A DNA stretch of 248,000 nucleotides, from positions 20,001-268,000 of the forward strand of contig NW_008806282.1 in NCBI RefSeq assembly GCF_000400465.1, in the 5' to 3' direction. The first letter of the stretch is position 1; every line of letters begins with the position of its first letter. The notes beneath the pieces are model-generated. The model ran no database searches. It was given only the letters and a program-made list of their open reading frames with translations, and had not been told where the DNA came from. The stretch comes from Wallemia ichthyophaga EXF-994 (taxonomy: Eukaryota; Fungi; Basidiomycota). A program made the position numbers and the translations under genes. Positions 180,137 to 192,646 of the stretch are shown here, piece by piece.

Positions 180137-180616
180137 ATGCGAATTATTTCAACACCAGACAAAGGCAGGGGAGTATTCGCATCGCAGCCCATCAAAATCG
180201 GGGAGGTAGTTGAGATATCCCCCGTTCTCTTATTCACGAAGGAGGTGAGAAGATGCTTATCGCTCAATGCTAAGGCTAACACTATTCAGGAATACACGCA
180301 GCATGGACAGCACACAGCGCTCGATGACTATACCTTCGTGTGGCCAGATCGGAGTGGGAGGATGGGATTGGCGATGGGGATCGGATCTATGTTCAACCAC
180401 CACAAACAGCCTAATGTGAGTTATAGCATTAACACTCATACGCTCACAATCACATTCAAAACAACACGCCATATAAATATCAACGATGAGTTATGCATTT
180501 CTTACGGCCCTGAATCTAAATTGTGGTGGAGGAATACTCAAGTGGATGATGATGAGGATGATCAAGTTAAGGATATGAGCGAATTAGATCTCTTGCAATG
180601 TGATTATGGTAGTTAA
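180137..180616 (+). CDS. Small SET-domain lysine methyltransferase (start uncertain)
   Basis: KGRGVFA, GSMFNH..PNV, ELCISYG. Confidence 0.88.
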   Translation: MRIISTPDKGRGVFASQPIKIGEVVEISPVLLFTKEVRRCLSLNAKANTIQEYTQHGQHTALDDYTFVWPDRSGRMGLAMGIGSMFNHHKQPNVSYSINTHTLTITFKTTRHININDELCISYGPESKLWWRNTQVDDDEDDQVKDMSELDLLQCDYGS

Positions 180617-180701
180617 TGTTATTGTTTTGAGTGTGTGTGCGTACGTGGATTTCATTTATTTATTTGGGTATCCTTTGTTTTACTTTGTTTAATTTGATGC
180701 T

Positions 180702-181894
180702 TTATGCTGCGTACTGGTCAACCTCTCCCGTTCGTCATCATCATCTGCCTCGCCTATATCGAATATAGCGTCATTCGAGCCACTCTCTACGGCTTGATCG
180801 CGCATGTTTAGCTCGTCATACTCCATCACTCTGCCTGTCGATGGATCGATTGGCTGGTTGGAGCTTGTGACTTGTTTGTATTTGATGTAGTTGTAGACAC
180901 TTGATTATACTTGTTAGCATGTGTAATAAAAGCAAAACACAAGAACCCACCAAATACCCAAAATAGTGATACACATTCCTGTCACGTTTATTGGGGTTAG
181001 AGTGTCACCAAAAATAGCCGAGCTAATGAATATTGTGAGAAGCTCCTTAAATATTCCTGCGATAGACATGGTGATGATAGATGAGCGCTCTATCAGCTTG
181101 AACTCGGATAGCACCATACCGAAAGCGAGAAAACCAGGTGAGATGATCATCAAGCAGGATTTTAGTGAGTGGAGTGCACCAAATTGGAAGTAATCACTGT
181201 GGAAGATATCCCACCAACTCTCAAATATGACGCTGAGTAGAATTAGACATGCGAACATGACAGGCGCGAGGAAATAAAGAATGATGAGAGGATTCTTCAG
181301 TCCATACTTCTGTTTCTGAAGAAGGATTTGAGTGAGAGACCAACGCAAACCACCCGCGGCTGTAGCGGACATGACTTGAATAGCGCCAGAAAGGACGAAA
181401 GAAGTTTCAGCGCTGACCATCAACACCACACCGATAGCTATAATGACGATAATCACAGCCATTGATAGCGATGGTCTCTCCAATTTGAACAGGAAAGCGA
181501 AGAAAAGGACCCAGATGAGTGAAGAGGACTTGCACATCGTGTAGAAAGTGAGAGTGATCGACTTAAGTGATAAGTTGCTTAAGCCAATGTCTAAAGCTGT
181601 AGCTAGAGCGCAAGGTATAATTCTCTTGCTATAATCTAATAGTGTCATAGGTTCGTTCGTTTTAAGTGCGGGGAATATCTTCAGACCGATAAAGGAGAGG
181701 ATCCACTGCATGAGCATGTGCCAGCTGGTCATGAATAGCGGGAAAGGGAAGCTGGACTGGCTGACGGAGAAGATCCACTTGTTGTAGACAGACAGGCTGA
181801 ATGCGAACGTGTACCAAAGTGAGATGTAAATGAGATTAATGAGCGCATGCCTGAAGTACCAGCTTCTTTTATCGTCTTGATTTTCCAAAGGCAT
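180702..181894 (-). CDS. TPT-family nucleotide-sugar transporter
   Basis: LSVYNKW, ALDIGLSNLSL, YTMCKSS, IAGIFKE. Confidence 0.9.
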
Positions 181895-181919
181895 CGTTGT
181901 CAGCAATCAACGAGCACTT

Positions 181920-183360
181920 ATGACAGAACACCCGATCAAGCATGGAGACTTAGAGCTGGAGAACGCCGACGAGTATCCGTGGGTTTCTCGTAGAGTGCAA
182001 TATACCCACTCACATACTCTCAGCACCATTTTCACCACGGAAACAAGGCTCAGGAGAGGATTGTGTCCGGTGACGCAAAATAAACTGAATCCCGCTGAAT
182101 CCCACCAGCTCTACTACGAAGTACACGGCTCAGCTGATCCACAAGCTGAGAAGTTGGTATTCATTATGGGTTTGAATGGTAGTTGCTTCGGCTGGTCCAA
182201 ACAGATCAACAACCTCGCACTCACAGGGAAATATCAGCTGCTAGCCTTCGATAATAGAGCAGTTGGTCACTCAACTGGTCCCAGAGGTCCTTACAGGTTG
182301 GCGTTGCTCCTCCTCAGCCACGTGCACTCCTCTCACACAATTCCAGCACTAGCGGTATGGCAGAGGATGTCATAGTCCTTCTTGACCTACTGGGATGGAC
182401 AAACAGCCGCTCTCTTCACTTAGTTGGAGTTAGTATGGGTGGTATGTAAGTCGTGTCTTCAATTCCAATCCGAAGCTCAATTTCTCTTAGGATTTCACTT
182501 GAGCTGTGCCATAGAATCCACGAACGTATCGCGTCTCTCACTCTCGCAGTCACTAGCAGAGGCTATGGCCCTTTCTGGAATCTACCATCGGTACGTCATC
182601 GATAAGCATGTCTGCTGTCGTTGTAACATCACCGCAGTGGAGAGGTATCTACACCCTCATGTCCTTCTTCACTATCAGTGATAGCGAAAAACTCATTCAG
182701 TCGTACCTAGAACTAGTGTAGGTATTGTACTTCACTCTTTGCAACCGGCTTAGACTTGCTACCCAGATTCCCTATCCATTGGCTCGCTGAGATACGCGAG
182801 AATGACAGCCTTAAACGCACAAATAGAGAATGTGAAAGAGATGTGCGAGGGACCTTGAAAAAAGGTGTCAACCTACTCACACGCCCAACAGCACATGATC
182901 GAAAGAGCCAAATACTCTAGAGAACAAGATCCCTTCGGTGCCATCTCTCAAATGTATGCTGCCTTAGGACACAGCGTGTCTCCAGCCAGAATGAAGTTGA
183001 TTGATCACAATATACCAAAGGTGAGTAGTGAGTTTCGGGGGGAAGGTAGTTGACCTGTGCTATAGATAACTATCGTATCTGGAGATGAAGATTATCTAGT
183101 TGGTGAGTTTAGATGTATTTTTCTGTCTAACTCCCGCCTAATCACTCTCCCTAGACATATCATGTTCAGTTGATCTCAAGAAACACTTGCCAAGGTGGGA
183201 ATGGTTGGACATTAGCTAAGTAGCAGCTAACCCGCAAACAGTGCAACATACACTGTATTTGAAAATACAGGCCACGGTCTCATCGGTCAGCGTCCCTTCA
183301 GATTCAACAAGCTCATCGAGGACACTGTCGCAGAAGGGTCTGAAATAGTTGGCAGGAAAG
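181920..183360 (+). CDS. Alpha/beta hydrolase (multi-exon, end approximate)
   Basis: LYYEVHG, FDNRAVGHS, VGVSMGGM. Confidence 0.8.
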
Positions 183361-183639
183361 CCAGGTAGACCTTCGCTTAAGGAAATAAACACCTTCACTC
183401 ACTCTACCGCTTACTCATTTCATCACGAAAAATTACGCACATACAAGCTATTCACGTGACACGATCCTTTATTGTTAGACATCTATATAGAAATATAAAT
183501 ACTTGATATACCTCCGTCAATAGCTAGAGATAAGCTAGATAGTGAGAAGAAGTGTATTACTTTAGATGCTTATATGCAATCAATGCAGTTGTTTTGATAT
183601 ATGTGATTCACTGAGCCACTTTTATGCCATGTTTATGCG

Positions 183640-185530
183640 GTATTCTTGATAATTGCGTCTAATTCCTGCACTACTTCTGTAGCACTTGGGCGGTGTTTAC
183701 CATCTTGCACCCACATACGTTCGATGAGGTCAAGAACATCACCACCCCACTGCCTCTTGAACTGATTCAGAGACGGTCTGAGTGTGTTGCATTAGATATA
183801 TCACAAAACAAAAGCTCAACGCACCTTTTATGCTTTTGTCCTACCTGATCATAGATGAAATGCTCATTTTGACCTTCCCAGGGATAGCATTTTTTAGTAC
183901 TATGCCACTGCAATATCTCCCAATACACGAGAGCAGTAGCAAAAATATCAACTGAGGCAGTATACGAAGGCTTAGCCGACCACAACTCAGGAGCCTGCCA
184001 GTTGACAGTGCCGACTAGAGACTGGATCATAGATCTGGTACTCTGCTTCACTCTTGCCAGACCGAAATCATTTAACTTAGCTCTACCATTATCGTCTATC
184101 AACACATTACTCGACTTCATATCACGATGTATGACTTGCGGCTTGCATGTGATATGTAGATACTCCAGCCCTCTGGCAATGTCAAGCATAATAAGTAAGG
184201 CTTTCTTGTTCGTTGGGGGTGGATTGTTGCGGAGGTAGTCGAACAAATCGCCATTCTTGCATAATTCACTGATCAGCATCACTGGTGCACCATTTCCAGG
184301 CACTGAGACGCCTATAAACTTGACAATATTGGGATGATTTAATTTTGACAGTACTTGAAGTTCTCTGATATCCATCTCGGTTAATTCTCCACGTATATCT
184401 GCCACTGCGCACTTTTTCTTGCGGATTGATCCTACGTAAACATCTTTGAAACCACCAGAACCTATTCTTTCTTTCTTTTCCACTATCGTAGCCTTGATTT
184501 CCTTATTGACTAATCCAAGTTCCTGTAAATCCAACGCCAGTCCTTCGCTAGTATTGCTCGAACGATGACCTGGTTTGGGAGTAGCTTTAGAGACATCGGT
184601 GGTGTCACTCTGGCGAGCTGTAACAGTGCTTGAAAGGTCTGACAGCACAGCGCGTGTAGGTTTCGTACCTCGACCTTGGCGAGAGCGTTTTTTCTGTGGT
184701 TTGGGTGTGTGCAGGTCGCTATCGATGCTGGCGTTCTCCTCGAAATCCGACACAGCAGTGGTAGAGCTGATTTCTGAAGCGGATGATACGGGAACACTAT
184801 GCATATCCTCCTTATGCAACAGAAGTAATTCAATCAGATCATCTTTAGTGTGGTGTTTTGAATGCTCTATCCCTGAGACATTGCACATTTGTTCCAGTTG
184901 TCGCTTCAGATACCGTTTCAGAGATGATACGGTCTCATCGCGCATATCCACGTCTATATCCGTATCGCTAACGTCATCGGATTGGCGGACGCCGCGCATA
185001 TCTCTATTCTCAGCATCGCTAGAGTGATTGCTAGAGCTTGCGGTAGCGGCAGAATCTTTCTCGCTATCTGCTATGCTCATTAGGGACACGCTCTTTGCAA
185101 AGTCCTCGTCGGGTGTATGTGATGAGTCAATTGAGATTGTACGCGTGCGCAACTGATATCTATTCTGAGGCTGGGAGGAGTTGTTGAGAGACTCCACGCT
185201 TATTTTGTTCATGGCCTTGCGCTTGGCTGCGCGTGTGCGCTTTGCAGTTGCACCTGAGCTTTGGGAGTTAACGTTGCTAACGCTGAGGGGCTTGGTTGAG
185301 TATCCATCTTCGTATTCGTCTTCGGAAGAGAGACTGACGGGATGAACACAGCGCCTGTCTCTGAGCCCGTCTTTCTCGAGGAGTATCTCGATTAGCATTT
185401 CCTTGGTACACGCGCGCAGATCACCGCAGTCTGAGCCCTCAGTCGCACTCGCCGTGAGCATTTCCAGCAGATCAGCCTTCCTGCACCGCCTCAGCTGATC
185501 CTCATGTGATTTCGTTGACATCGTTGACAT
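183640..185530 (-). CDS. Tyrosine-kinase-like (TKL) kinase with N-terminal HeH/SAP-like helices
   Basis: IGSGGFKDV, HRDMKSSN, DFG, GTVNWQAPE; KADLLEML/KEMLIEILL/KDDLIELLL. Confidence 0.88.
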
Positions 185531-185568
185531 CGTTGTCGCTGTGTAACCTCTTATAGACACCCCACCAA

Positions 185569-186345
185569 GTGCCCAAAAAGTTGTGGCGCGTTTCCAACCT
185601 CTCTAGAATACAGCCGATGCAGACGCGTGATAATCTCATCAGCTTCTCTCCCGTCGACTTCACGCCGCCGCCGCTGCCTATCCGTAGCGGCGGAAGTGGG
185701 AATGTAGGGGGCGTAGGAAGCGCAGCGGATACAGCGGGTACAACAGACACCGCTAGCAACAGAAGAAACAGCATCACGCCTCCTCCACCTCCCCTCCCAC
185801 TCAGGAAAGGGAGCGGTAGCAGCACGTCGAGCATCCATGCCACCGCTAGTGCACTCAGCAGACCTCAGCCAGCTACACCTGCGCCAGCGAGTAAAGTAAA
185901 ATCAAGCATACCCATTATGCCCCCGCCTGCGCGTATCAATAGCCCCGGAAGCAGTCTGCGCGGAGGACCTAGTAATACGTCACTAAATAGAATAACCGAA
186001 CGGAGTCGATCGGGCAGTGTAAATAGCACATCTAGCACACCACAATCAATACGCAATTCTCCTGCTCCTAGCTCGATATTCAAATTGACGCAGCCGACTC
186101 CTATCGACAAAATCCGCTATCAGAGTCTGTATAACAGACTTATGGAAAGGCAAAGTAAGGCAAGCGATAGGGGTGCGTTGGATGTCAGAATAGTGAGAAG
186201 AGTTTGGAAAGCTTCAAAATTAGATAATGTATACTTGGACACTCTCTACAACAACTGCAACACACCAAACAAAGAAATGGATGCAAATACATTCACCAAA
186301 TCATTAGCCACTATAGATTCGGAGCTGAGACGACGCAAGTCATAG
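185569..186345 (+). CDS. Proline-rich protein with degenerate EH domain (Irs4/Tax4-like)
   Basis: RYQSLY..IVRRVWKASKLDN..LYN. Confidence 0.6.
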   Translation: MPKKLWRVSNLSRIQPMQTRDNLISFSPVDFTPPPLPIRSGGSGNVGGVGSAADTAGTTDTASNRRNSITPPPPPLPLRKGSGSSTSSIHATASALSRPQPATPAPASKVKSSIPIMPPPARINSPGSSLRGGPSNTSLNRITERSRSGSVNSTSSTPQSIRNSPAPSSIFKLTQPTPIDKIRYQSLYNRLMERQSKASDRGALDVRIVRRVWKASKLDNVYLDTLYNNCNTPNKEMDANTFTKSLATIDSELRRRKS

Positions 186346-186351
186346 CTAAAA

Positions 186352-187629
186352 CTAATCAATTAACGACCCAACGTCTTCATACCACGCCTTTCGAACATTC
186401 TCATTCAAGTACCGTAAATCACTATTTAATCTATTCAGCATTGCATCCGAATATCCTTCTTTAGTGAGTAAAAGCGCCTCTGTGACGTATATAGCGACTG
186501 TGATTTGAGCTAGTGGCTTCTCTGGGCGTAAACTCTTGCGCGTGTCATCTAATGATAGCTCGTCATGGAAGTATGCCTTGATAGCTTTAAGATGTCTTGG
186601 TTGTAGCGATGTAATGCGAGTACCTTCCCGTTCTATTGATCTGTTAGCCGTGTTATACTTTACTTTGTTCGAAATTGAGTTCCTGATGTGGGTATCTGAA
186701 GTGGTAGGTATAGGCTTGGTATTGTTTGCAGCGTTGTTTGGTGTCTCTTTAATTAAACCAGTTTCGTAGTCCTTTTCTACTAAGAAATTGCTATAATCGG
186801 TATCTTTGGATTGTTCTGATAATCGTTTATACATCTGATAGCCAGCGTAAACATCATTAGCCGCATATTCTATCTGCTTCCAGTCAAGAAAAGACTCCCA
186901 ATCACCAACTCTCTCATTTCCTTTATCCAGTCGCTGTTTCAACACATACTCTGTCAATTTGTCCAGTGATATCAACACTTTATTCGTGCCCAGATCTTCG
187001 GCGTGGATAGATTTAGCGAGGAAAGTCAACTCCAGCAACCCTTTACACTGTACCTTGTAGTCATTGAAGAATTTGCGACCATCGTTGCCAATATTGACAC
187101 CAAATTTAATAATGTCTTTGTTTGTGAGAAGTTTGATTAGCTCTTGAGGTAATTTTGGCATGTGGTAGAGGTGTAGGATAACAATAAGCTTATCATCACA
187201 TAGCTGTGCTTTGTCAGCTTTGCGTGGCTCAATGGCCACACTCACCTGTACAAGTGCTGTGGGACGTTGACGTGCGTTCTTACGGAAATCGACTTTCCAC
187301 TCCATATCAAAACCTACAGGACCTCTAAGGAGGGAAATTAGATCATCAGCTTCTTCCAAAGAGCGCGTGTAGGCAATCCCTGGTGCTTTGAGACCTTTGT
187401 TTGAGAAACTCGGTGGACGTGTGTAAGAGTAGAGAGGGAGGGGAGTGACTGAGGGTTTAATTGGTGGTTTACTGGCCTTTCTAGGAGTACTCTGTAGCGT
187501 CTTGTTGCGGTAATCAGCGGGTGGGTTTGGGTTTGGAGGTGTAGTAGCCACACCAGTAAAACCACCAGTCAAATCTATAATTTTATCATTTGATAGTCTT
187601 CTTATTAAATTCATATTCCTAGTGAGCAT
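186352..187629 (-). CDS. DEDDy 3'-5' exonuclease (WRN-exo/EXD2-like)
   Basis: VGFDMEW, ALVQ, KFGVNIGND, QIEYAANDVY. Confidence 0.9.
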   Translation of the reverse strand: MLTRNMNLIRRLSNDKIIDLTGGFTGVATTPPNPNPPADYRNKTLQSTPRKASKPPIKPSVTPLPLYSYTRPPSFSNKGLKAPGIAYTRSLEEADDLISLLRGPVGFDMEWKVDFRKNARQRPTALVQVSVAIEPRKADKAQLCDDKLIVILHLYHMPKLPQELIKLLTNKDIIKFGVNIGNDGRKFFNDYKVQCKGLLELTFLAKSIHAEDLGTNKVLISLDKLTEYVLKQRLDKGNERVGDWESFLDWKQIEYAANDVYAGYQMYKRLSEQSKDTDYSNFLVEKDYETGLIKETPNNAANNTKPIPTTSDTHIRNSISNKVKYNTANRSIEREGTRITSLQPRHLKAIKAYFHDELSLDDTRKSLRPEKPLAQITVAIYVTEALLLTKEGYSDAMLNRLNSDLRYLNENVRKAWYEDVGSLID

Positions 187630-187655
187630 CACAATGCGGTAGATAACCAACGACG

Positions 187656-189547
187656 ATGATCTCAGTTGAAGAGACTATTAATTTAATAGAGAACATTAGA
187701 AATCAGCCTAATGACAGCAATTTACTTGAAGCACTTAGAGTTCTAGTTGCTGTCGACTACACAACGGCTCTATTCTCCACTATCACTCAATCTGTGCTGA
187801 TATCCAGCCATATTAAATATACTGAGAAGATCACCTTCTTCAAGTCCCTCACTGAATTCAAATTATCAAGTGGATTCAACTTGATTGGCTTGCTCGATTC
187901 TGTCTCCAGCTTCAACCAGCCTCCTTCACTCAAATTCTCCTATTTTGCCGGTGTTCTTTTGGCTGTGCAGTCTGACAACTTAAAGCTTAGAATTGAATGT
188001 GAAAATGCTCTTATTTGCGAGCTTGAAGATAGCCTACTGCTTGAGAAAGTTGCTATCAATGACGACACTTATCTTCAAGCCCTAATCTCTATTCTCCCAC
188101 ATATACCCTCATCAAAGCTCAGATTGATGGATACCAAGGTGTGCACATTCCTTGGAGCTTCTTACCAGTAATGTTTACTCAACACAGCCTCTAACGATCC
188201 TCTTTGCGAAAATCCTCTTTGATTCACTTAGCGTTGACAGCCTGGATGGCTCGATCGAGGTGGGCAGGAGTATCTAATATTACACCTGCTCTAACATCTA
188301 TCAGACTAAGTGCACGGAAATGCAACAAAGAACTCATTATCCCAGCATATCGTCCATATCACAAACTCTCACTCGTTTGTTCACACTCCGGTCACGTCAG
188401 GATAGTTCGGAATTGGAACAAGTACTAAGCACTCTGCTAGCTCTAGTATCTCAGAACGAGAGGATGCGACTACAGTCTGAATCAACGGAAATGTCCATCA
188501 ATACTCAAGTAATGTCTCACTTTAAAATACTCTTATACACCTCAATTACCATTCTATACGGGACTATCACACATTTAGCCACATCGAATGGCTTTGAGTG
188601 TGTTGAGGGGGTTGAATATGATCTACCCCTTGCCACACTACGCATTATGTCCAGATTGGCAATCATCAACAGCATACTAAATCCAGATGGAGAGTTGCGA
188701 CAGTGGAGGAGCATCAACATGCTTTGCGTAGACATGATAAATGCACAGAAAGACGTCAAACAATCTGAGCAGGTATTAGATATGCTTGTCGCTGAAACCA
188801 CCCTCGATAACTACAAACACCTATCGAAAGTCAACCATCTGTTTCATATTGCAGAATTTGTTGTTTTGAACTGCACAGTGGAGTTCGCAGTAGCTATACT
188901 TCTACCTGTATGTGATAGGTAGGTGATATTATACAGCAATTCGTAACTACTAACGTAGTTCCAAAGATATCTGGAGGATAGCACCGACATGGTTACTTTC
189001 GAGAATGCGCACTCAGTCACGCTTACTCTCTTCGCCGGGGTCAAACCTAATGCATTGGACCAAGTATTGGTAGCTAGAGTGATGAGCTACAGCATCACGC
189101 TCCTAAAAGTGAGATCAATCCTAAATAGCCAGCTAAGTTGACCACATGATTAAGGTTATGCGCATCTTATCACAGGAGCAATTTAGATTGGCGTATCAAA
189201 GTGTCATTAAGAAGGTATCTGCTCATTCGACAGATCTGACACAATGGTGCATTGACGGTTTGCTTGACTCGTATAAGAGCGTGGAAGAGGATCAAAAAAT
189301 CAAGATAGCGTACACCCTGCCTACGCTACTGCCACTTATTAACCATCACCTACTCGATAGCTTCCTTGTATCACTAGAACGTCTTCTCAGCAGTCATTGG
189401 ATTGCAGAGAACCGTGAAGATCTCCTCACTCTCACTTACAAATCAATTAAGCTGACAGGAGATGAGAGTAACCTCTTAAAATGTCTAAATTGGTGGGGTG
189501 ATTACACATCCCGAATCAAGAGCCTACCAATAAAGTCACGCCTGTAA
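187656..189547 (+). CDS. Peroxin Pex8-like
   Basis: FENAHSVTLTLF, QFRLAY, C-terminal PTS1-like SRL. Confidence 0.6.
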
Positions 189548-189700
189548 GCTTCATATTGCACACGTGCAAGTATAACTGTATCATTATATCAGCCCTACAA
189601 AACATAAATTCATAATGAGAAAACAAGTCAATGTAAAACCCAGACAAAGATGATGTGAAACAAGTGAAGAAAGACGAACACTCTTGGACGTGAAAAGCTT

Positions 189701-190699
189701 TTAGACATAAGGAGGACCCATAATCTTACGCATTTGATTGATAGTAAAATCGACAACGAGGAGAAGAATACCACCACCTGGTCCCAATCTAGTAGCCTTT
189801 GGTATGAATCCTTTGAACAACGCCTTTACACCTTCTTCTCTAGCGACCAGCAATAGAGATGGATATGTCCAATTGTATTTTGGTACTACTCCAGGTACCT
189901 TCACGGTACCCTGTATACGACTTTTAACAACGTCGAATGGAGTGTTGAGCACTGTGCCGCACAGACCACCAATTGTACCCGCCGTAAAATTGTTGAAGAG
190001 GTTCGCCGAATTTGATTCTGCCTTTGGAAGCAAAGAGCGTACTTGGAAGATAACACCGAAGTAACCACCGTCTTGGGAATGAGCGTGGTTAGCAAGGAGT
190101 GAAAACTCAAGAAAAAAAAAACTCACTCCACCAGAAGTGTCTCCAGAAAGTAGCTTCCATGCCTGCGTACATACCCAAGACACCATCGCTCTTGACGGTA
190201 TGTTTGATTACATCGAGTGGACCTGTAGGGAGAAATTAGAATAATACTGCGTGCACACAGCAAACACACCCTTGAAAGTGCTTGTCTTGTCCTGCAACCG
190301 AATCTTAATCAACTCAAATGGAGTAACGACGAATGATTCGGTAGCACCCGCACTGCATCCGGTAGCCAAAGAAAGACCCTGTGTCATCTCACTAACGCCA
190401 GCCAAAGACTTGTAAGTCTTTCCCCAGTAGTCATTCGCCGCGAACTTTACCGCTCTCTTCGGAGCTTCAAGGGTCAATGGAGCAGCGAGACCTCTGTACA
190501 ATTTAGAGAAACCTTCGCTCTTTGCGATTTCCGACAACATCTTCACCATCCCTTGGCTTTTGCCTGCTTCGAGCTGCATTCTCGTCTTTGCAATATCAGT
190601 CGGATACATGGTCAGTATTTCAACAACACCGCCAATCGCTCCTGCTAAAGGCATAGACCAGCCTGGTAGAGGTGCTGGAGATGGGGATTTTTTCTGTTC
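189701..190699 (-). CDS. ODC1: Mitochondrial 2-oxodicarboxylate carrier
   Basis: MYPTDIAKTRMQ, EAPKRAVKF, NTPFDVVKSRIQ. Confidence 0.92.
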
Positions 190700-191263
190700 C
190701 ATTATTTTGGTCCGAATGAAGCTAAAGCAAGCGACTAGGGACACCGTTTATCAATTTTACACTTATCCGATGACCACGGCCGTTGAGTGAGCAAGGCCGG
190801 TGATGGGCGGAAATGGGCGTGGTGAGTAAACGTTTCTGTTCTAATCACCTGCCAGCTTGTGTTTTAGTGTGTTTAGTCTCCACGTGATTTAGGTCATTCG
190901 GCGAAGATTGATAACGTTGTGGGGTAATTAATTCTCATTATAATTCTAGACTTGTATTTGTACTGCCCTGTTTACGTCTTGTAGTCTTGTGAGCTGCTTT
191001 ATCTTTCGCATCCGATACTCCGAAAAGTTAGACGAAACTCAAACTCATATGATTCACTTTGTGTGCAGTTTCTGAAGAGGATTAGGAACGCGCTAATTTC
191101 CGATAATTCATTGCGTAGATACTGTATCGCAACTTCAAAGCTAACCCTCCATATCATCATGTCTCCGTTCCTGTCACATAATCAGCGCACTCTCCAACAC
191201 CCATTTGCAGCGCATAATGTCACATTAATTCATACATAATTTCATCAAACAATCATTATCCCT

Positions 191264-192319
191264 TTATTTGCCAACGAGGTGCTCTACTTTGGCCTGTGCG
191301 CGGGAGAGACCAGCCTTTCCAATTTGAGAGAGGATGGTGCCAGTATCTTTTTCATCCTTGAAGTAGATGTAGCCGAGCATTTCAGAGCCGTCGTTGTATC
191401 TCTTGTTTTTGTTTGCACCTTCCAAAGTCTGGACATCCTCAGCACTCAATGCAACAACAGACTCAAAGTTCTCCTTGATTCTTGAAACTGTCTTTGGGAT
191501 TGGTGAAATGTTCTTCGCAAGAAGGAACGAAAGCGCTATTCCGTGGTTAGAAGTTTGGTATTTCTGCGCCAAAGCCTTCACAGCTGGATCTTCTACAACT
191601 TCAGCGTTCGAGCCGTAGATGTGGTTCAAACCACCAAATGGACTGTAAGCAGTGACTTGGATGCCCTGTGATTGTGCGTACTTGACCAACTCAGGTTGTT
191701 GGTTGTAGACGTGTAATTCAACTTGGAGAGATGATGGTCTGATTTTTGCCGTCTTGAGGAGGTCTGCAATTTCCGACTTTGTGTAGTTGGAGATACCAAT
191801 GTTCTTACATTTTTGTGGGACTTGGGTTTCCATTGCAGCCCACGTGTCCTTCTCCTCAACATTGTGGTCTTTGAGTGGGAAACCCTTGTCGTCTTGTGGG
191901 ATTTGAGCGGATCCATCGTAGTTTGGTCCTGTTGCAAGGGCACCTGGCCAGTGAATCAAGTACAAGTCAAGGTACTCTAATTGGAGGTCCTCGAGAGTCT
192001 TGTTAAGTCCTCTGGTGACATTCTCTGGCTTCTTTGAGTTCAACCAGAGCTTCGAAGTGACAAAGATCTCGGAACGTGGAGTACCAGTTGCTTTGAGCCA
192101 ACGTGTAATACCTTGACCGACCTCACGCTCGTTTTGGTAGATTGCAGCGGAGTCGATGTGACGGTAACCAGCTTCAAGTGCTGCATACACAAGGTCAGCA
192201 GCCTTCTCGTTTGGTAAGTTCCAGCATCCGTAACCGAGCTTAGGGATTCCGGCAGAGTTGGTGTCTGCGGCGGTTGCTGGGGCGTTAGCAAAGGCGATTC
192301 TTTCAGTTTGAATTGGCAT
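191264..192319 (-). CDS. Aldo-keto reductase (Gcy1/Ypr1-like), intronless
   Basis: GYRHIDSAAIY, FVTSKLW, YLDLYLIHWP, IGISNY, IPK. Confidence 0.95.
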   Translation of the reverse strand: MPIQTERIAFANAPATAADTNSAGIPKLGYGCWNLPNEKAADLVYAALEAGYRHIDSAAIYQNEREVGQGITRWLKATGTPRSEIFVTSKLWLNSKKPENVTRGLNKTLEDLQLEYLDLYLIHWPGALATGPNYDGSAQIPQDDKGFPLKDHNVEEKDTWAAMETQVPQKCKNIGISNYTKSEIADLLKTAKIRPSSLQVELHVYNQQPELVKYAQSQGIQVTAYSPFGGLNHIYGSNAEVVEDPAVKALAQKYQTSNHGIALSFLLAKNISPIPKTVSRIKENFESVVALSAEDVQTLEGANKNKRYNDGSEMLGYIYFKDEKDTGTILSQIGKAGLSRAQAKVEHLVGK

Positions 192320-192646
192320 CTTGATTGTTAGTGTGAGAGATGTGCGAGCGAATGACAGCACAATGTTGGAGGGACGAGATGTGGTGCGCTGATAATGATG
192401 TAATTAATAATAAATTACATCAAATATGTGTTGGAATTCACCAATAACAGCTAAAGCCGTGCTCAGCGTCTGCTAACGTGTTTGTGCGCGCTCAGAATGT
192501 GGTTATAAAAAGTGTGATTCACAAACCAAGGCACGAGATCCGAATATTAAAGACATTGTTTAGTTAGCTGCTTAATTGATAATTACTTCTATGTATTTCT
192601 ATAATTCAAACGACTCGTACCGTTGGAGCTGCTTACAGTTTATGAA

